Shown here: in pieces, positions 53,441 through 62,686 of the stretch
How positions within the stretch are numbered: position 1 is the first letter of the stretch
Layout: the number at the start of each line of letters is the position of its first letter
Virus record (IMG/VR): IMGVR_UViG_3300005077_000002
Span: 1 to 64,000 of that record
Strand: one strand, 5' to 3'
DNA: 64,000 nt
Source: a virus
Lineage: Duplodnaviria; Heunggongvirae; Uroviricota; Caudoviricetes
Notes under the pieces: model-generated
What the model saw: only the letters and a program-made list of their open reading frames with translations
What the model was told of the DNA's origin: nothing
Database searches by the model: none
Translations under genes and position numbers: made by a program

Positions 53441-56287
53441 ATGGACCTTTCCGTACAAGAAATAACGAAACTAAATAAGTTTCGTGAAAGAGTAGGCGGT
53501 TCCCGGTGTAGTCGTTGCGAACTAAATGCCATGATGCCCGAGGGCAGAATGCCTGTTACCGGCAAAGGCATGGGTCGAATTATGTTCGTAAGTATGTCTC
53601 CATCCGTGGAAGAGCATACATCTCAGGCCAGTAAGCATAATGGCGTATTTAATGCCATGGTCCGCTCGGAAGTGTCTAAACTTTCTGGCATCAATGTGGA
53701 TATGGATGCTTATGTAACTACGTTAGTTAAATGCCACCCGGATCAGCTTACCGGGTATAAAAGCACACATCGCAAAGCCTGTTCAAAACATTTAATTGAA
53801 GAAATACAAATTGTAAATCCTGTGATTATTGTGTTTCTTGGCAAAGAAGTTTTCACATCCGTGTGTTATGCGGAAGACTTTAAGGGTCATGGCATTCCTT
53901 TCAAAGCCACAGTATTTGGCAAAGAATACTGGGTTATGGTAACCAACAATCCGGCACTAATCGTCAAGGATGTTACCCAGTATAAAATGTTTTCCATGCA
54001 GATCAGGGTCTTGGCCGGCTGGTTAAACGACGAATTAGATTTCTATACGAAACGCGGCATACCACAGCCAAAATTGATTTCGAATTATAGATTCAAACGT
54101 GACTATGTAGTCATAGACAGTAAAGAAGCTGCTAATGAAGCATATAAGCGCATGGAATCTGAAGCCACACTGATAGATGGCAAGAAGTATCTAACACTGG
54201 ATACTGAGACTACTGGCTTGGATTTGTTTGTTCCGTCATTTGATATCGTCGGTTTATCATTGGCAGTTAATGAAACAACCGGATATTACATTCCTATTGG
54301 ACATGCGAATCATCCAAAATCTCTGGTAAAACTGCCTATTAAGCAGATGAGTTTGAATGATGCTTTTCAATTCGTTCAGTTTTTGATCAGAAGTTATGTT
54401 TTGATCTTTCATAATTTCCAGTACGATTATCGTGTTCTAAATAAATTCAAATTCAAAGTACCGTTCATTGATGTAGCTAACGATGTATGGTATCACGATA
54501 CCATGTTAATGGCTTATCTGTGTAATGAGAATGATAAGCTTGGTCTGAAAGATCAGTCTTTCATGCGGTTTGGGTACGCAGCTAAGAAGTTTACGGATGT
54601 AGTAGAAGATTCCAATTTCAAGTACACCAAGATCGAGACTGCAGCCAAGTATGCTGGCGACGATGCTGTGAGTACCTGGAAATTATTCGAGACATTGCGG
54701 CCTATTCTGGTTTCCAAATCTGAGAAGCAAACAGACGGTAAATTATTATCGCGCATTTACCCGGAAGAACTTAAGGTAATGCGTGTTATGTCTGATGCAC
54801 AAGATTATGGTATGGCTGTAGACATTGAATATCTTAATGACCTGCATGACAGACTTAGCAAAGAAGCTAAAAGTCTGTTCAATGAATTAGATTCTATTTG
54901 TAATACCATTACTCATTCCAGCTCCAGTCAACTGGTGCACATGCTGGATGACATTATAAAATCAGCTAAGGATGCAGCTGAGGGTACAGCGGATGCCAGC
55001 TTAGATGATATCGAATTCGATATCACAGCCAGTGAAGATAGTTTACACCAGATAGAAGGTCTTGTTACCAGCAGTTCAAAGACTTTCCGCTGGACAGAAG
55101 AAAAGTTGCATAAATACATATCTGTCCTGTTAACTTACAGGAAAGTTATGAAATTGTTATCGACTTATGTTTCGATGCGTGATCGCGCTAAGTTTGATGA
55201 TAATGGCAACTATATTATTCATGGTGAATTCAAAACCATTGGTACCACCAGTGGTAGAATGTCCAGCAGACATCCAAATCTTCAGAATATTCCAAGAGAT
55301 ACCGTTAAGCCACCAAAGAAGTGTTCACATTGTGGACTCACGGATAGTGATGTAATAACATCAACTTTAACCGGATCTGTGGTTGCTGATATTAAGAAAA
55401 CATTACCCTGGTATTCATCTACGGATAAAACCGGCGGCATATTCACATGCAGAAAGTGTGGGCTCACCACATCGAATTATCAGGCTGATATCCGCAGAGC
55501 ATTTGTGGCCAGAAAGAATAAAGTCTTTGTAACATCCGATTGGAGCTCCATGGAAATGAATGTCTGTGGAGCCGTATCTGCAGATAAAAAACTACTGGAA
55601 ATTCTGAATGGTCAGCGTGTGGATCCAAAGAATCCAAATTTCGATATGCACCGTGTTACAGCATCAGCAATGTATCATGTACCCGTGCTGGAAGTAACTG
55701 CAGATCAGCGTCAGAACGCTAAGCCTGTAAACTTTGGCGCTATTTATCTTATTTCAGAGATAGGACTTGCCAATAATTTACGTATACAAGCCGGCTTACA
55801 TGTTACTAAAGATGAAGCGTTAAGCTTTCTGGATGGATTTTTTAGTACCTATCCAGGTATTAAACTTAACTGGATTGTTCCTGGCAAAAGACTGTTAGCC
55901 ACTCAACATTATATTACACATCCTTACGGCCGTATACGGCATATATCCAAATCAGCTACCGGAGAGGAAGTTCGCAGTGCACTAAATTTTACTATTCAGG
56001 GCTGGTGTGCCTCTATCATGAAGGAAGCTGTTAATAAGATATTTTATGAAGGTGTGCAACATATTAAAGAAGCTAACCTGATATCAGTTATCCATGATGA
56101 AATTATCGTGGAATGCTATCCAGAAGATGTAGCACAAGTTGTTAAAATCATGTATGACGCCATGAACATTTATATTGAGGATAAAGCCCGCGTTCTATTG
56201 ATGGCCGAGGAAGCCATCAAGTATAATCTGTCCAAAGCAGCCAAATCTTACACGTTAAAAGAATTCAAAGAATTACTTAAGGAGTAA
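53441..56287 (+). CDS. polA: Family A DNA polymerase with an N-terminal UDG-like domain, a 3'-5' exonuclease, and a Zn-ribbon insertion in the fingers region
   Basis: UDG-like GKGMGRIMFVSMSP...KCHPD; Exo I LTLDTETTG; NLQNIP ... RRAF; motif A VTSDWSSMEMN, motif B KPVNFGAIY, motif C VIHDEIIVE; insert CSHCG...CRKCG between NLQNIP and RRAF. Confidence 0.9.
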   Translation: MDLSVQEITKLNKFRERVGGSRCSRCELNAMMPEGRMPVTGKGMGRIMFVSMSPSVEEHTSQASKHNGVFNAMVRSEVSKLSGINVDMDAYVTTLVKCHPDQLTGYKSTHRKACSKHLIEEIQIVNPVIIVFLGKEVFTSVCYAEDFKGHGIPFKATVFGKEYWVMVTNNPALIVKDVTQYKMFSMQIRVLAGWLNDELDFYTKRGIPQPKLISNYRFKRDYVVIDSKEAANEAYKRMESEATLIDGKKYLTLDTETTGLDLFVPSFDIVGLSLAVNETTGYYIPIGHANHPKSLVKLPIKQMSLNDAFQFVQFLIRSYVLIFHNFQYDYRVLNKFKFKVPFIDVANDVWYHDTMLMAYLCNENDKLGLKDQSFMRFGYAAKKFTDVVEDSNFKYTKIETAAKYAGDDAVSTWKLFETLRPILVSKSEKQTDGKLLSRIYPEELKVMRVMSDAQDYGMAVDIEYLNDLHDRLSKEAKSLFNELDSICNTITHSSSSQLVHMLDDIIKSAKDAAEGTADASLDDIEFDITASEDSLHQIEGLVTSSSKTFRWTEEKLHKYISVLLTYRKVMKLLSTYVSMRDRAKFDDNGNYIIHGEFKTIGTTSGRMSSRHPNLQNIPRDTVKPPKKCSHCGLTDSDVITSTLTGSVVADIKKTLPWYSSTDKTGGIFTCRKCGLTTSNYQADIRRAFVARKNKVFVTSDWSSMEMNVCGAVSADKKLLEILNGQRVDPKNPNFDMHRVTASAMYHVPVLEVTADQRQNAKPVNFGAIYLISEIGLANNLRIQAGLHVTKDEALSFLDGFFSTYPGIKLNWIVPGKRLLATQHYITHPYGRIRHISKSATGEEVRSALNFTIQGWCASIMKEAVNKIFYEGVQHIKEANLISVIHDEIIVECYPEDVAQVVKIMYDAMNIYIEDKARVLLMAEEAIKYNLSKAAKSYTLKEFKELLKE

Positions 56288-56290
56288 CAC

Positions 56291-56512
56291 ATGGATGAGA
56301 TATTAGCAAAGATAGAAGAAACATTGGATTATCTGTCTGATGATGTTTCGAAGGATATATTTTATGATTCACAAACTTTCGAACCAGATTACCCGGATGA
56401 TGGATTTACAAAATCCATTAATAGGGTGAGGACCACTCCAAAGGAACTCGTGGAATTATTTAATGCATTGAAAACTGAAATGGAGAAAGCAAATAATGCC
56501 AGACAAACTTGA
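56291..56512 (+). CDS. Hypothetical protein
   Basis: AGGAG RBS; 73 aa. Confidence 0.5.
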   Translation: MDEILAKIEETLDYLSDDVSKDIFYDSQTFEPDYPDDGFTKSINRVRTTPKELVELFNALKTEMEKANNARQT

Positions 56513-57215
56513 TTCATGGATTGCTGAAGTAGGCAGGGGCAATTCCAGGATAAGTAAAAATCTCGAAGACGAATTGTTTGATAAATATATGAATGGCACA
56601 CCTGCCGAGAAAACAATGGCTTTGGATAAACTGTTGTCATATAATGCACTACCTATAGCTGATATAGCTTTGGATGTTTATCATCGTTACCCGAACGGCC
56701 GTAAAGCAGATATACTGGATCTTGTACATGTTGGTGTTGCTGTGTTTATTAGAAACCTGGTAAACTTTAATCCAGATACAGCCAGGTTGATCACATTCTA
56801 CACTAGGGATGTTAAAACACATATGCAAAGATTTGTTATGCACTATGCCGTTAGTGTCCAACAGGGTAGTGTGTATCTGCAGTTTATAGCTGGTAAACGT
56901 GTTAAAGCACGTAAGTTGCTTGAACAGCAATTGGGCCGGGTACCAACTAATACTGAAATAAGCAATTTTATGGAAATACCGGTTCATACCCTGCAAACTG
57001 TGGACACCTATACCATGCCAAATGTTGCGGCTGTACCTGGAATAGAACTGATGAATACTCCTGATGGCAAACCCACACATATTGAAAGTATGGTAACAAT
57101 ATTACGTACTAAGCTTACAAGTTTAACCGATAAAGAGTTTGATGAACTCTATACAGCTCTTTACTTCAAAGAAGATGTCAATGAAAATCTAATTACCAAA
57201 GTATTGGATAGTTGA
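56496..57215 (+). CDS. Sigma-70-family factor-like protein
   Basis: ADILDLVHVGVAVFIRNLVNFNPDTARLITFYTRDVKTHMQRFV matches the sigma region 2 pattern (DLVQEGNIGLMKAVEKFDP..FSTYA.WWIR); the C-terminal LTDKEFDELYTALYF is region-4-like. Confidence 0.55.
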   Translation: MPDKLDSWIAEVGRGNSRISKNLEDELFDKYMNGTPAEKTMALDKLLSYNALPIADIALDVYHRYPNGRKADILDLVHVGVAVFIRNLVNFNPDTARLITFYTRDVKTHMQRFVMHYAVSVQQGSVYLQFIAGKRVKARKLLEQQLGRVPTNTEISNFMEIPVHTLQTVDTYTMPNVAAVPGIELMNTPDGKPTHIESMVTILRTKLTSLTDKEFDELYTALYFKEDVNENLITKVLDS

Positions 57216-58495
57216 TGGATGAAAGAGACTTGCTGCGATTAAAACTCGCTGACTACATGAAATACATGGGTATAGAATTGAATCGTTCGGGATTCGCTTT
57301 ATGCCCCCTGCACCCGGATAAAGAAACCAAGTCTTTTGGAATAGTAAAGGGTAGACCAACTCAATATCATTGTTTCGGGTGCGGAGCACATGGTGATATA
57401 TTCCAGTTAGCACATGAATTAGAAGGATTGCCATTAAACGGTTTAGAGTTTTATGACGTAACCATTACTACCTTAGCCAAAAGATTTGGCATTCCATTAC
57501 AGCCAAAAACGTATAGCGATACTGCTGTAAAGAATAACAAAATGCGTGCTGTGTTTGTCTTTATTAAAAACAAACTGATGATCGATGATATGGTTTTGAA
57601 GTATATGGAAGATCGTGGATTTAATAAGGACATTCTGAAAAGATTCGGCATAGGCCGCATTAATTTCGATAAGCTGAAGAGTTCTTTGCGTAAGGAATTT
57701 ACTGAAGAAGTTCTTGGTGATACGAATGTTATGCATGAGGAATTATTTAAAGATCGGATTATATTCACATTATTTGATGAATATGGCTCTCCAATAGGAT
57801 TCACAGGCCGATTACCAGAATATACACCAGAATCTCCCAGGGCCAAATACGTTAATAGTATTACTAATCCATTCTTTGATAAATCCAAATATTTGTACAA
57901 TCTTCATTTTGCAAAAGAACATGAGTGGACTTATGTGGTAGAAGGCCAAACTGATGTTCTACGTTTATTTGTTAATGGCATACATAATGTTGTGGCAACT
58001 AGCGGCACATCAGCTACAGAGCATCATATTAATATATTACGTAGTAAATTCAAACGTGTGGTATGGGCCTATGATGGTGATTCAGCCGGGCTGCGCAAAG
58101 TAGATGATTTACGAAAAATCCTACCAAGATCAGCATCCATAATTATTCCTGATAATCATGATCCGGATTCTTTTGTAAGAAACTATGGTATAAATGCTTT
58201 CAAAAAACTGGAAGAATTGGATAATCTTGCATGGACCATTCTTAGAACAGAATATAATCAGCCTGAGAAGCAGGCGATACCATTTATAAAACGTATTGCA
58301 GAAGGAGATGTAATAAAACATGATGGATACTTAGCCAAGTTAGCAGTAAGCAGTGGTATTGAATATATCACTCTGAGAGAAAGTCTTCGAAATCATCTTA
58401 ATACCAAATCATGGGATATGTTGGATACTATAATGAAATCCAAGGATAAATTCGAAGGTCATATTTCTATAAACATACATGTAGAACACAAATAA
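57215..58495 (+). CDS. dnaG: DnaG-type DNA primase (CHC2 zinc finger + TOPRIM)
   Basis: CPLHPDKETKSFGI...YHCFGCGAHGD zinc-binding domain; TOPRIM VVEGQTDVLRL ... YDGDSAG. Confidence 0.85.
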   Translation: MDERDLLRLKLADYMKYMGIELNRSGFALCPLHPDKETKSFGIVKGRPTQYHCFGCGAHGDIFQLAHELEGLPLNGLEFYDVTITTLAKRFGIPLQPKTYSDTAVKNNKMRAVFVFIKNKLMIDDMVLKYMEDRGFNKDILKRFGIGRINFDKLKSSLRKEFTEEVLGDTNVMHEELFKDRIIFTLFDEYGSPIGFTGRLPEYTPESPRAKYVNSITNPFFDKSKYLYNLHFAKEHEWTYVVEGQTDVLRLFVNGIHNVVATSGTSATEHHINILRSKFKRVVWAYDGDSAGLRKVDDLRKILPRSASIIIPDNHDPDSFVRNYGINAFKKLEELDNLAWTILRTEYNQPEKQAIPFIKRIAEGDVIKHDGYLAKLAVSSGIEYITLRESLRNHLNTKSWDMLDTIMKSKDKFEGHISINIHVEHK

Positions 58496-58535
58496 CTGTT
58501 CTTACAAATTCACCACATTCAATTAGGAGTAAATT

Positions 58536-58994
58536 ATGGCTGGAGCAAAAAAGAAAGATCCAGATAAAATTGTTGAAACTGATATCAGTGAGATTTCTAA
58601 TGTAACTCTTGAAGATTCAGAGTATGTGGATAACATAATCAATAATTCAGGTACATTGAAACGTTATCTCAATCTGAAATATGAAGCTGAGGAACTGGCC
58701 GCTGAAGCTGATGCACTGTACCCGGAAGCCATCAAGGAATACCAGGAATTATTCTCCAATGCCCAGCTTGCTAAGGGAACCCTGGTCAAGCTGAATCTTA
58801 AGTATAAAGCCTCTAAATGGGAGTTTTCACAGGCTGTTGAGAGTCTTGAAAAGACTTTGGCTATGGTAAAAGATACTGAGAAAACTCATGGTATTGCCAA
58901 GAAAACAGAAACTATGGAGAAGTCATTGGCCGTTTCCTTTAATAAGGAAGCCATTAAGGCAACACAGAACAAAAGTGAAGCGGAGGCCGCTTGA
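58536..58994 (+). CDS. Hypothetical coiled-coil protein
   Basis: AGGAG RBS; 152 aa. Confidence 0.55.
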   Translation: MAGAKKKDPDKIVETDISEISNVTLEDSEYVDNIINNSGTLKRYLNLKYEAEELAAEADALYPEAIKEYQELFSNAQLAKGTLVKLNLKYKASKWEFSQAVESLEKTLAMVKDTEKTHGIAKKTETMEKSLAVSFNKEAIKATQNKSEAEAA

Positions 58995-59740
58995 AGAAGA
59001 TAGACTTATGGCTTAAACAACTAAAAAGACCATTACCTCCAGAACTTATTATGCATCGCAAAGAAGGCGGTACAGAACTCGATTACATTGAATGGACCAC
59101 AGCCAGTGAAATTCTGGATGATATTTTGGGTCCAAATTACGATGTAGAGATAATGGATTCTATTATTGTTGGCCCGCATTATGTCGTCCGGGTACGTATT
59201 AGTATTACTGATCCGGATACAGGTATTATGATCTGGCGTGAAAACACCGGCTGGGAAAAGACTGGTGTTATTGAATATGGCGATACAGCGTCCAATGCTT
59301 TCGCTATGGCATTCAAACGAACTTGTGCTATGTTCGGTCTTGGCCGTGAACTTTATAAAGGCCCGAATATTGATTCATTCCGGGTAGCAACTGAAGAACA
59401 GATTGAAAAGTTAAAGCAGCTGCTGGACAATGGTAAGATGCCGGCGGATCTTCGTGAACCGCTTATGCTCGAGATTGAAGCTGGCACTTTAACAAGGGAA
59501 CGTGCAGAAAGTGGTATAACTGCGTACGATATTGAACCTGAACCGAAACCTAAACCGGAACCGGAACCGGAACCCAAGTCAGAATCAGTTCCTGCACCTG
59601 AGCCGGAACCCGTTACACTTACTGAATCCATACCTAAAGATGAGTATGACACAACGGAAACTGTTTTGTACACAGATACGCCAGTTGCTACTGTGTTACC
59701 TCCAAGAACACGCCGTCGTAAGGTAGAATCCCCAGTTTAA
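58991..59740 (+). CDS. Rad52/Sak-family single-strand annealing protein with a C-terminal PEPKPKPEPEPEPK repeat
   Basis: YIEWTTASEILDDILGP...RVRISITD...ENTGWEK...AFAMAFKRTCAMFGLGRELY (Rad52 FGIGRYLY signature); the start (TTG 58991 or ATG 59050) is uncertain. Confidence 0.7.
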   Translation: MKKIDLWLKQLKRPLPPELIMHRKEGGTELDYIEWTTASEILDDILGPNYDVEIMDSIIVGPHYVVRVRISITDPDTGIMIWRENTGWEKTGVIEYGDTASNAFAMAFKRTCAMFGLGRELYKGPNIDSFRVATEEQIEKLKQLLDNGKMPADLREPLMLEIEAGTLTRERAESGITAYDIEPEPKPKPEPEPEPKSESVPAPEPEPVTLTESIPKDEYDTTETVLYTDTPVATVLPPRTRRRKVESPV

Positions 59741-59745
59741 TAATA

Positions 59746-59766
59746 GGGGCATATTGCCCCTTTTCT
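59746..59766 (+). terminator. Rho-independent terminator
   Basis: GGGGC-ATATT-GCCCC followed by TTTTCT. Confidence 0.6.
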
Positions 59767-59807
59767 GACAAATCTATACTCCTTTAACTTATCTAGGAGA
59801 TGTAATT

Positions 59808-62276
59808 ATGAATGTAGGTACTCTACAGTACGACATATGGAATTCGTCGTATCGTTATGATAACGAACCCACTGTTCAGGATACTTGGAGACGCGTAGCA
59901 AAATATTTAGCCAGTGTTGAGAGAGATTCTGTTTATTGGGAAGAGAAATTTTACAATAATCTTGCTGATTATAAAACAACACTTGGCGGTCGTATCTTAT
60001 CCAATGCCGGCACCAGGTTCTCAGGCACCAGCTTGATGAATTGTTTTGTGCTTGGGCCCAGGTTGGAAGATGTGGACAGCCTGGAGTGTATTTACACCGA
60101 TCTGAAAGAACAGGCTTTAACATTAAAGTCTGAGGGTGGCTGGGGTTACAACTTTAGTCATATTAGGCCACGCACAGCTTTCATAAATGGGGTAGGAGCT
60201 GAATCACCAGGATCAGTTAGTTTTATGGAGCTGTACGATATGTCCAGCCGAATAATTACTTCCGGATCCGGCAAAAAGAAGAAGCATGCCACTACCAAAG
60301 AAAAGATCCGCAAAGGCGCCATGATGGGTATCATCGAAATATGGCATCCGGATGCTATTGAATTCATTACAGCCAAACAGACACCAAACCGATTGACTAA
60401 ATTCAATCTGTCTGTTGGATTAAATGATGATTTCATGAATGCTGTTATCGAGGGCAAGGATTGGAATTTTATATTCCCGGATATCAATCATGAAGCTTAT
60501 AAGGTTAATAAATGGAATGGGGATATTCGTAAATGGATTGAAAGTGGTTATCCAGTTGTAATATACGATACTAGACCAGCGAAAGATATCTGGGAACTTA
60601 TTATGACTTCCACTTACAATCGTAATGAACCAGGCATCGTATTTCTTGATGCAGCTAATCGTATGAATAATCTATGGAAGACCGAGCGAATTATAGCTAC
60701 CAATCCGTGCGGAGAAATAACTCTGCCAGATGGTGGAGTATGTTTACTTGGGTCCATAAATCTTGTTCATTTTATTAATGGCCGTGATTGGGACTACGAA
60801 AAACTAAAAGAGATCATTCCAGTGCAGGTTCGTATGATGGATAATGTCAATGATCTATCACATGTTCCTCTCCAGATACAGAAAAAGAATATGATTCAGA
60901 AACGCCGTATAGGAATGGGTTTACTTGGTTACGGCAGTGCTCTGATGATTATGGGTATTAGGTATGGTTCAGATGAAGCCATTGCTATAACCGAGAACCT
61001 AATGAGTTTCATTGCAAATCAGGCATATCAGGCTAGTGCTATCCTTGCAAAGGAAAAGGGCCCGTTTAAATTATATAATTCTGATGAAATATATTATTCA
61101 AAATTTATAAATAGGCTTGATCCAGAAACACGAGTAATGGTTGAGAAATATGGTTTACGCAACAGTCATTTATTGGCTATTGCGCCGACAGGCCAAACTT
61201 CCATTTATGCTGGTATGGTATCTGGTGGATGTGAACCTGTTATGTACTTGGAGTATGATCGATGGGTTATTCAGGACAGACCACCTGAAGGTATGATAAG
61301 TCCGGCTTTCTGGGAAGGTAAATTCCACGAAACCGAACATTTCAAATTTGACAAAGTAGCTGACGTTGATGTGTTACGTGGTATCGGTGAATGGTCAGAT
61401 TATATGATTGACAAAGACCGCGGACTGGTGAAACGTAATACTGTTATGGACTATGCCTGGCAAGTGATAAAAGATAGTGTAAAAGGCGATGAACCATTTC
61501 TGGATACTATTAACCAGTTGGGTCCGGATGACCATCTTAAAACACTACATGTCATGGCAAAATACATTGACCAGGCTATTTCGAAGACCATTAATCTTCC
61601 GAATGATTATCCGTACGAATATTTCAAAAACATATATCTTGAAGCGTGGAAAGCCAATATTAAGGGGCTAACTACGTATCGAGCCGGAACCATGACAGCT
61701 GTTATATCCGCCAAGGAAGAAAAGGAAAAGGATTGGATTAACGGCGAAGAAATTGTCACGGATCATATCAAATTACCAGATAATTTTGATAGCCGCGGCA
61801 CAACATTACGTTCCTACGACCATGGCTCCAAGAAGAAATGGTATGTGTTTGCGAATTTCTTTTCTGGTACCAACAGACCGTTTGCTCTCTTTGTGGTAAC
61901 AAATCACTCAGAACCAAAAGTTATCGTGTCCGATACACTGGACAAACTGTTTAAGTTGGCGCTGGATAAGGGTATTCCAGAAAAGTATATCGAGGACACC
62001 AGGGATAAATGCAAAATCCAAAATGGTGCCACGCAGATCTGCAGGGCCATATCGCTAAATCTTAGGCATGGGGTGCTTATTAAGAACATCGTAGCATGCC
62101 TGGAACAGGTAGAAGTACCACTTGGATCTTTTGTGCAACAGATACGCAAATATCTGTCCAGTTACATAAGAGATGGTGAGAGCACTTCAGGCGTTTGTCC
62201 GCAATGTGGCAATACCAAGCTGGTGTTTATCGAAGGATGCAAAGCCTGCAAATGTGGATGGCGGGCTTGCGGTTGA
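59808..62276 (+). CDS. nrdJ: Ribonucleotide reductase catalytic subunit, class II-type (NrdJ-like)
   Basis: Active-site ATNPCGEI, LAIAPTGQTS; C-terminal CPQCGN...CKACKCG zinc ribbon; AGGAGA RBS. Confidence 0.8.
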   Translation: MNVGTLQYDIWNSSYRYDNEPTVQDTWRRVAKYLASVERDSVYWEEKFYNNLADYKTTLGGRILSNAGTRFSGTSLMNCFVLGPRLEDVDSLECIYTDLKEQALTLKSEGGWGYNFSHIRPRTAFINGVGAESPGSVSFMELYDMSSRIITSGSGKKKKHATTKEKIRKGAMMGIIEIWHPDAIEFITAKQTPNRLTKFNLSVGLNDDFMNAVIEGKDWNFIFPDINHEAYKVNKWNGDIRKWIESGYPVVIYDTRPAKDIWELIMTSTYNRNEPGIVFLDAANRMNNLWKTERIIATNPCGEITLPDGGVCLLGSINLVHFINGRDWDYEKLKEIIPVQVRMMDNVNDLSHVPLQIQKKNMIQKRRIGMGLLGYGSALMIMGIRYGSDEAIAITENLMSFIANQAYQASAILAKEKGPFKLYNSDEIYYSKFINRLDPETRVMVEKYGLRNSHLLAIAPTGQTSIYAGMVSGGCEPVMYLEYDRWVIQDRPPEGMISPAFWEGKFHETEHFKFDKVADVDVLRGIGEWSDYMIDKDRGLVKRNTVMDYAWQVIKDSVKGDEPFLDTINQLGPDDHLKTLHVMAKYIDQAISKTINLPNDYPYEYFKNIYLEAWKANIKGLTTYRAGTMTAVISAKEEKEKDWINGEEIVTDHIKLPDNFDSRGTTLRSYDHGSKKKWYVFANFFSGTNRPFALFVVTNHSEPKVIVSDTLDKLFKLALDKGIPEKYIEDTRDKCKIQNGATQICRAISLNLRHGVLIKNIVACLEQVEVPLGSFVQQIRKYLSSYIRDGESTSGVCPQCGNTKLVFIEGCKACKCGWRACG

Positions 62277-62282
62277 TTGATC

Positions 62283-62307
62283 GGGCCGCAATATGCGGCC
62301 CTTTTAT
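62283..62307 (+). terminator. Rho-independent terminator
   Basis: GGGCCGC-AATAT-GCGGCCC followed by TTTTAT. Confidence 0.6.
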
Positions 62308-62673
62308 GGAGTACATATGCAACTGAACACATTAATAGATTATATATCAGAACACCACAGGTTAGTACTTAGTGATGGTGAACTTTCACAAATATATGAT
62401 ACGCTAAAATCATGGATTATTGAAAATGATAATGTTCGAATCTCATATATTCAAATACATGTACTGTCTGAAGACAGATTGGCAATATTTGTAAATAGTA
62501 CCAACATGGAAGTCAGTAGTGGTTGTTTCATAAAGTATTTATATTCTACAGTACCAGCTGCTGCTTACATTGCTGTTAATTCAGAATGGAAGCGTATAAG
62601 CGCTGTTCAACTTGATCTGTTTGGTCATTTTGACCATACACCAGTACCAAAGTTTCATTTATTTTTAGTATAA
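62293..62673 (+). CDS. Hypothetical protein
   Basis: 126-aa ORF. Confidence 0.45.
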   Translation: MRPFYGVHMQLNTLIDYISEHHRLVLSDGELSQIYDTLKSWIIENDNVRISYIQIHVLSEDRLAIFVNSTNMEVSSGCFIKYLYSTVPAAAYIAVNSEWKRISAVQLDLFGHFDHTPVPKFHLFLV

Positions 62674-62686
62674 ACATTTAATACCT

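Noticed and set aside
59520-59600. Tandem CCGGAACCGGAACC-type repeats that might suggest a CRISPR or satellite array
   Set aside because: They lie in frame inside the Rad52-like gene and encode a PEPKPKPEPEPEP low-complexity tail; there is no repeat-spacer architecture
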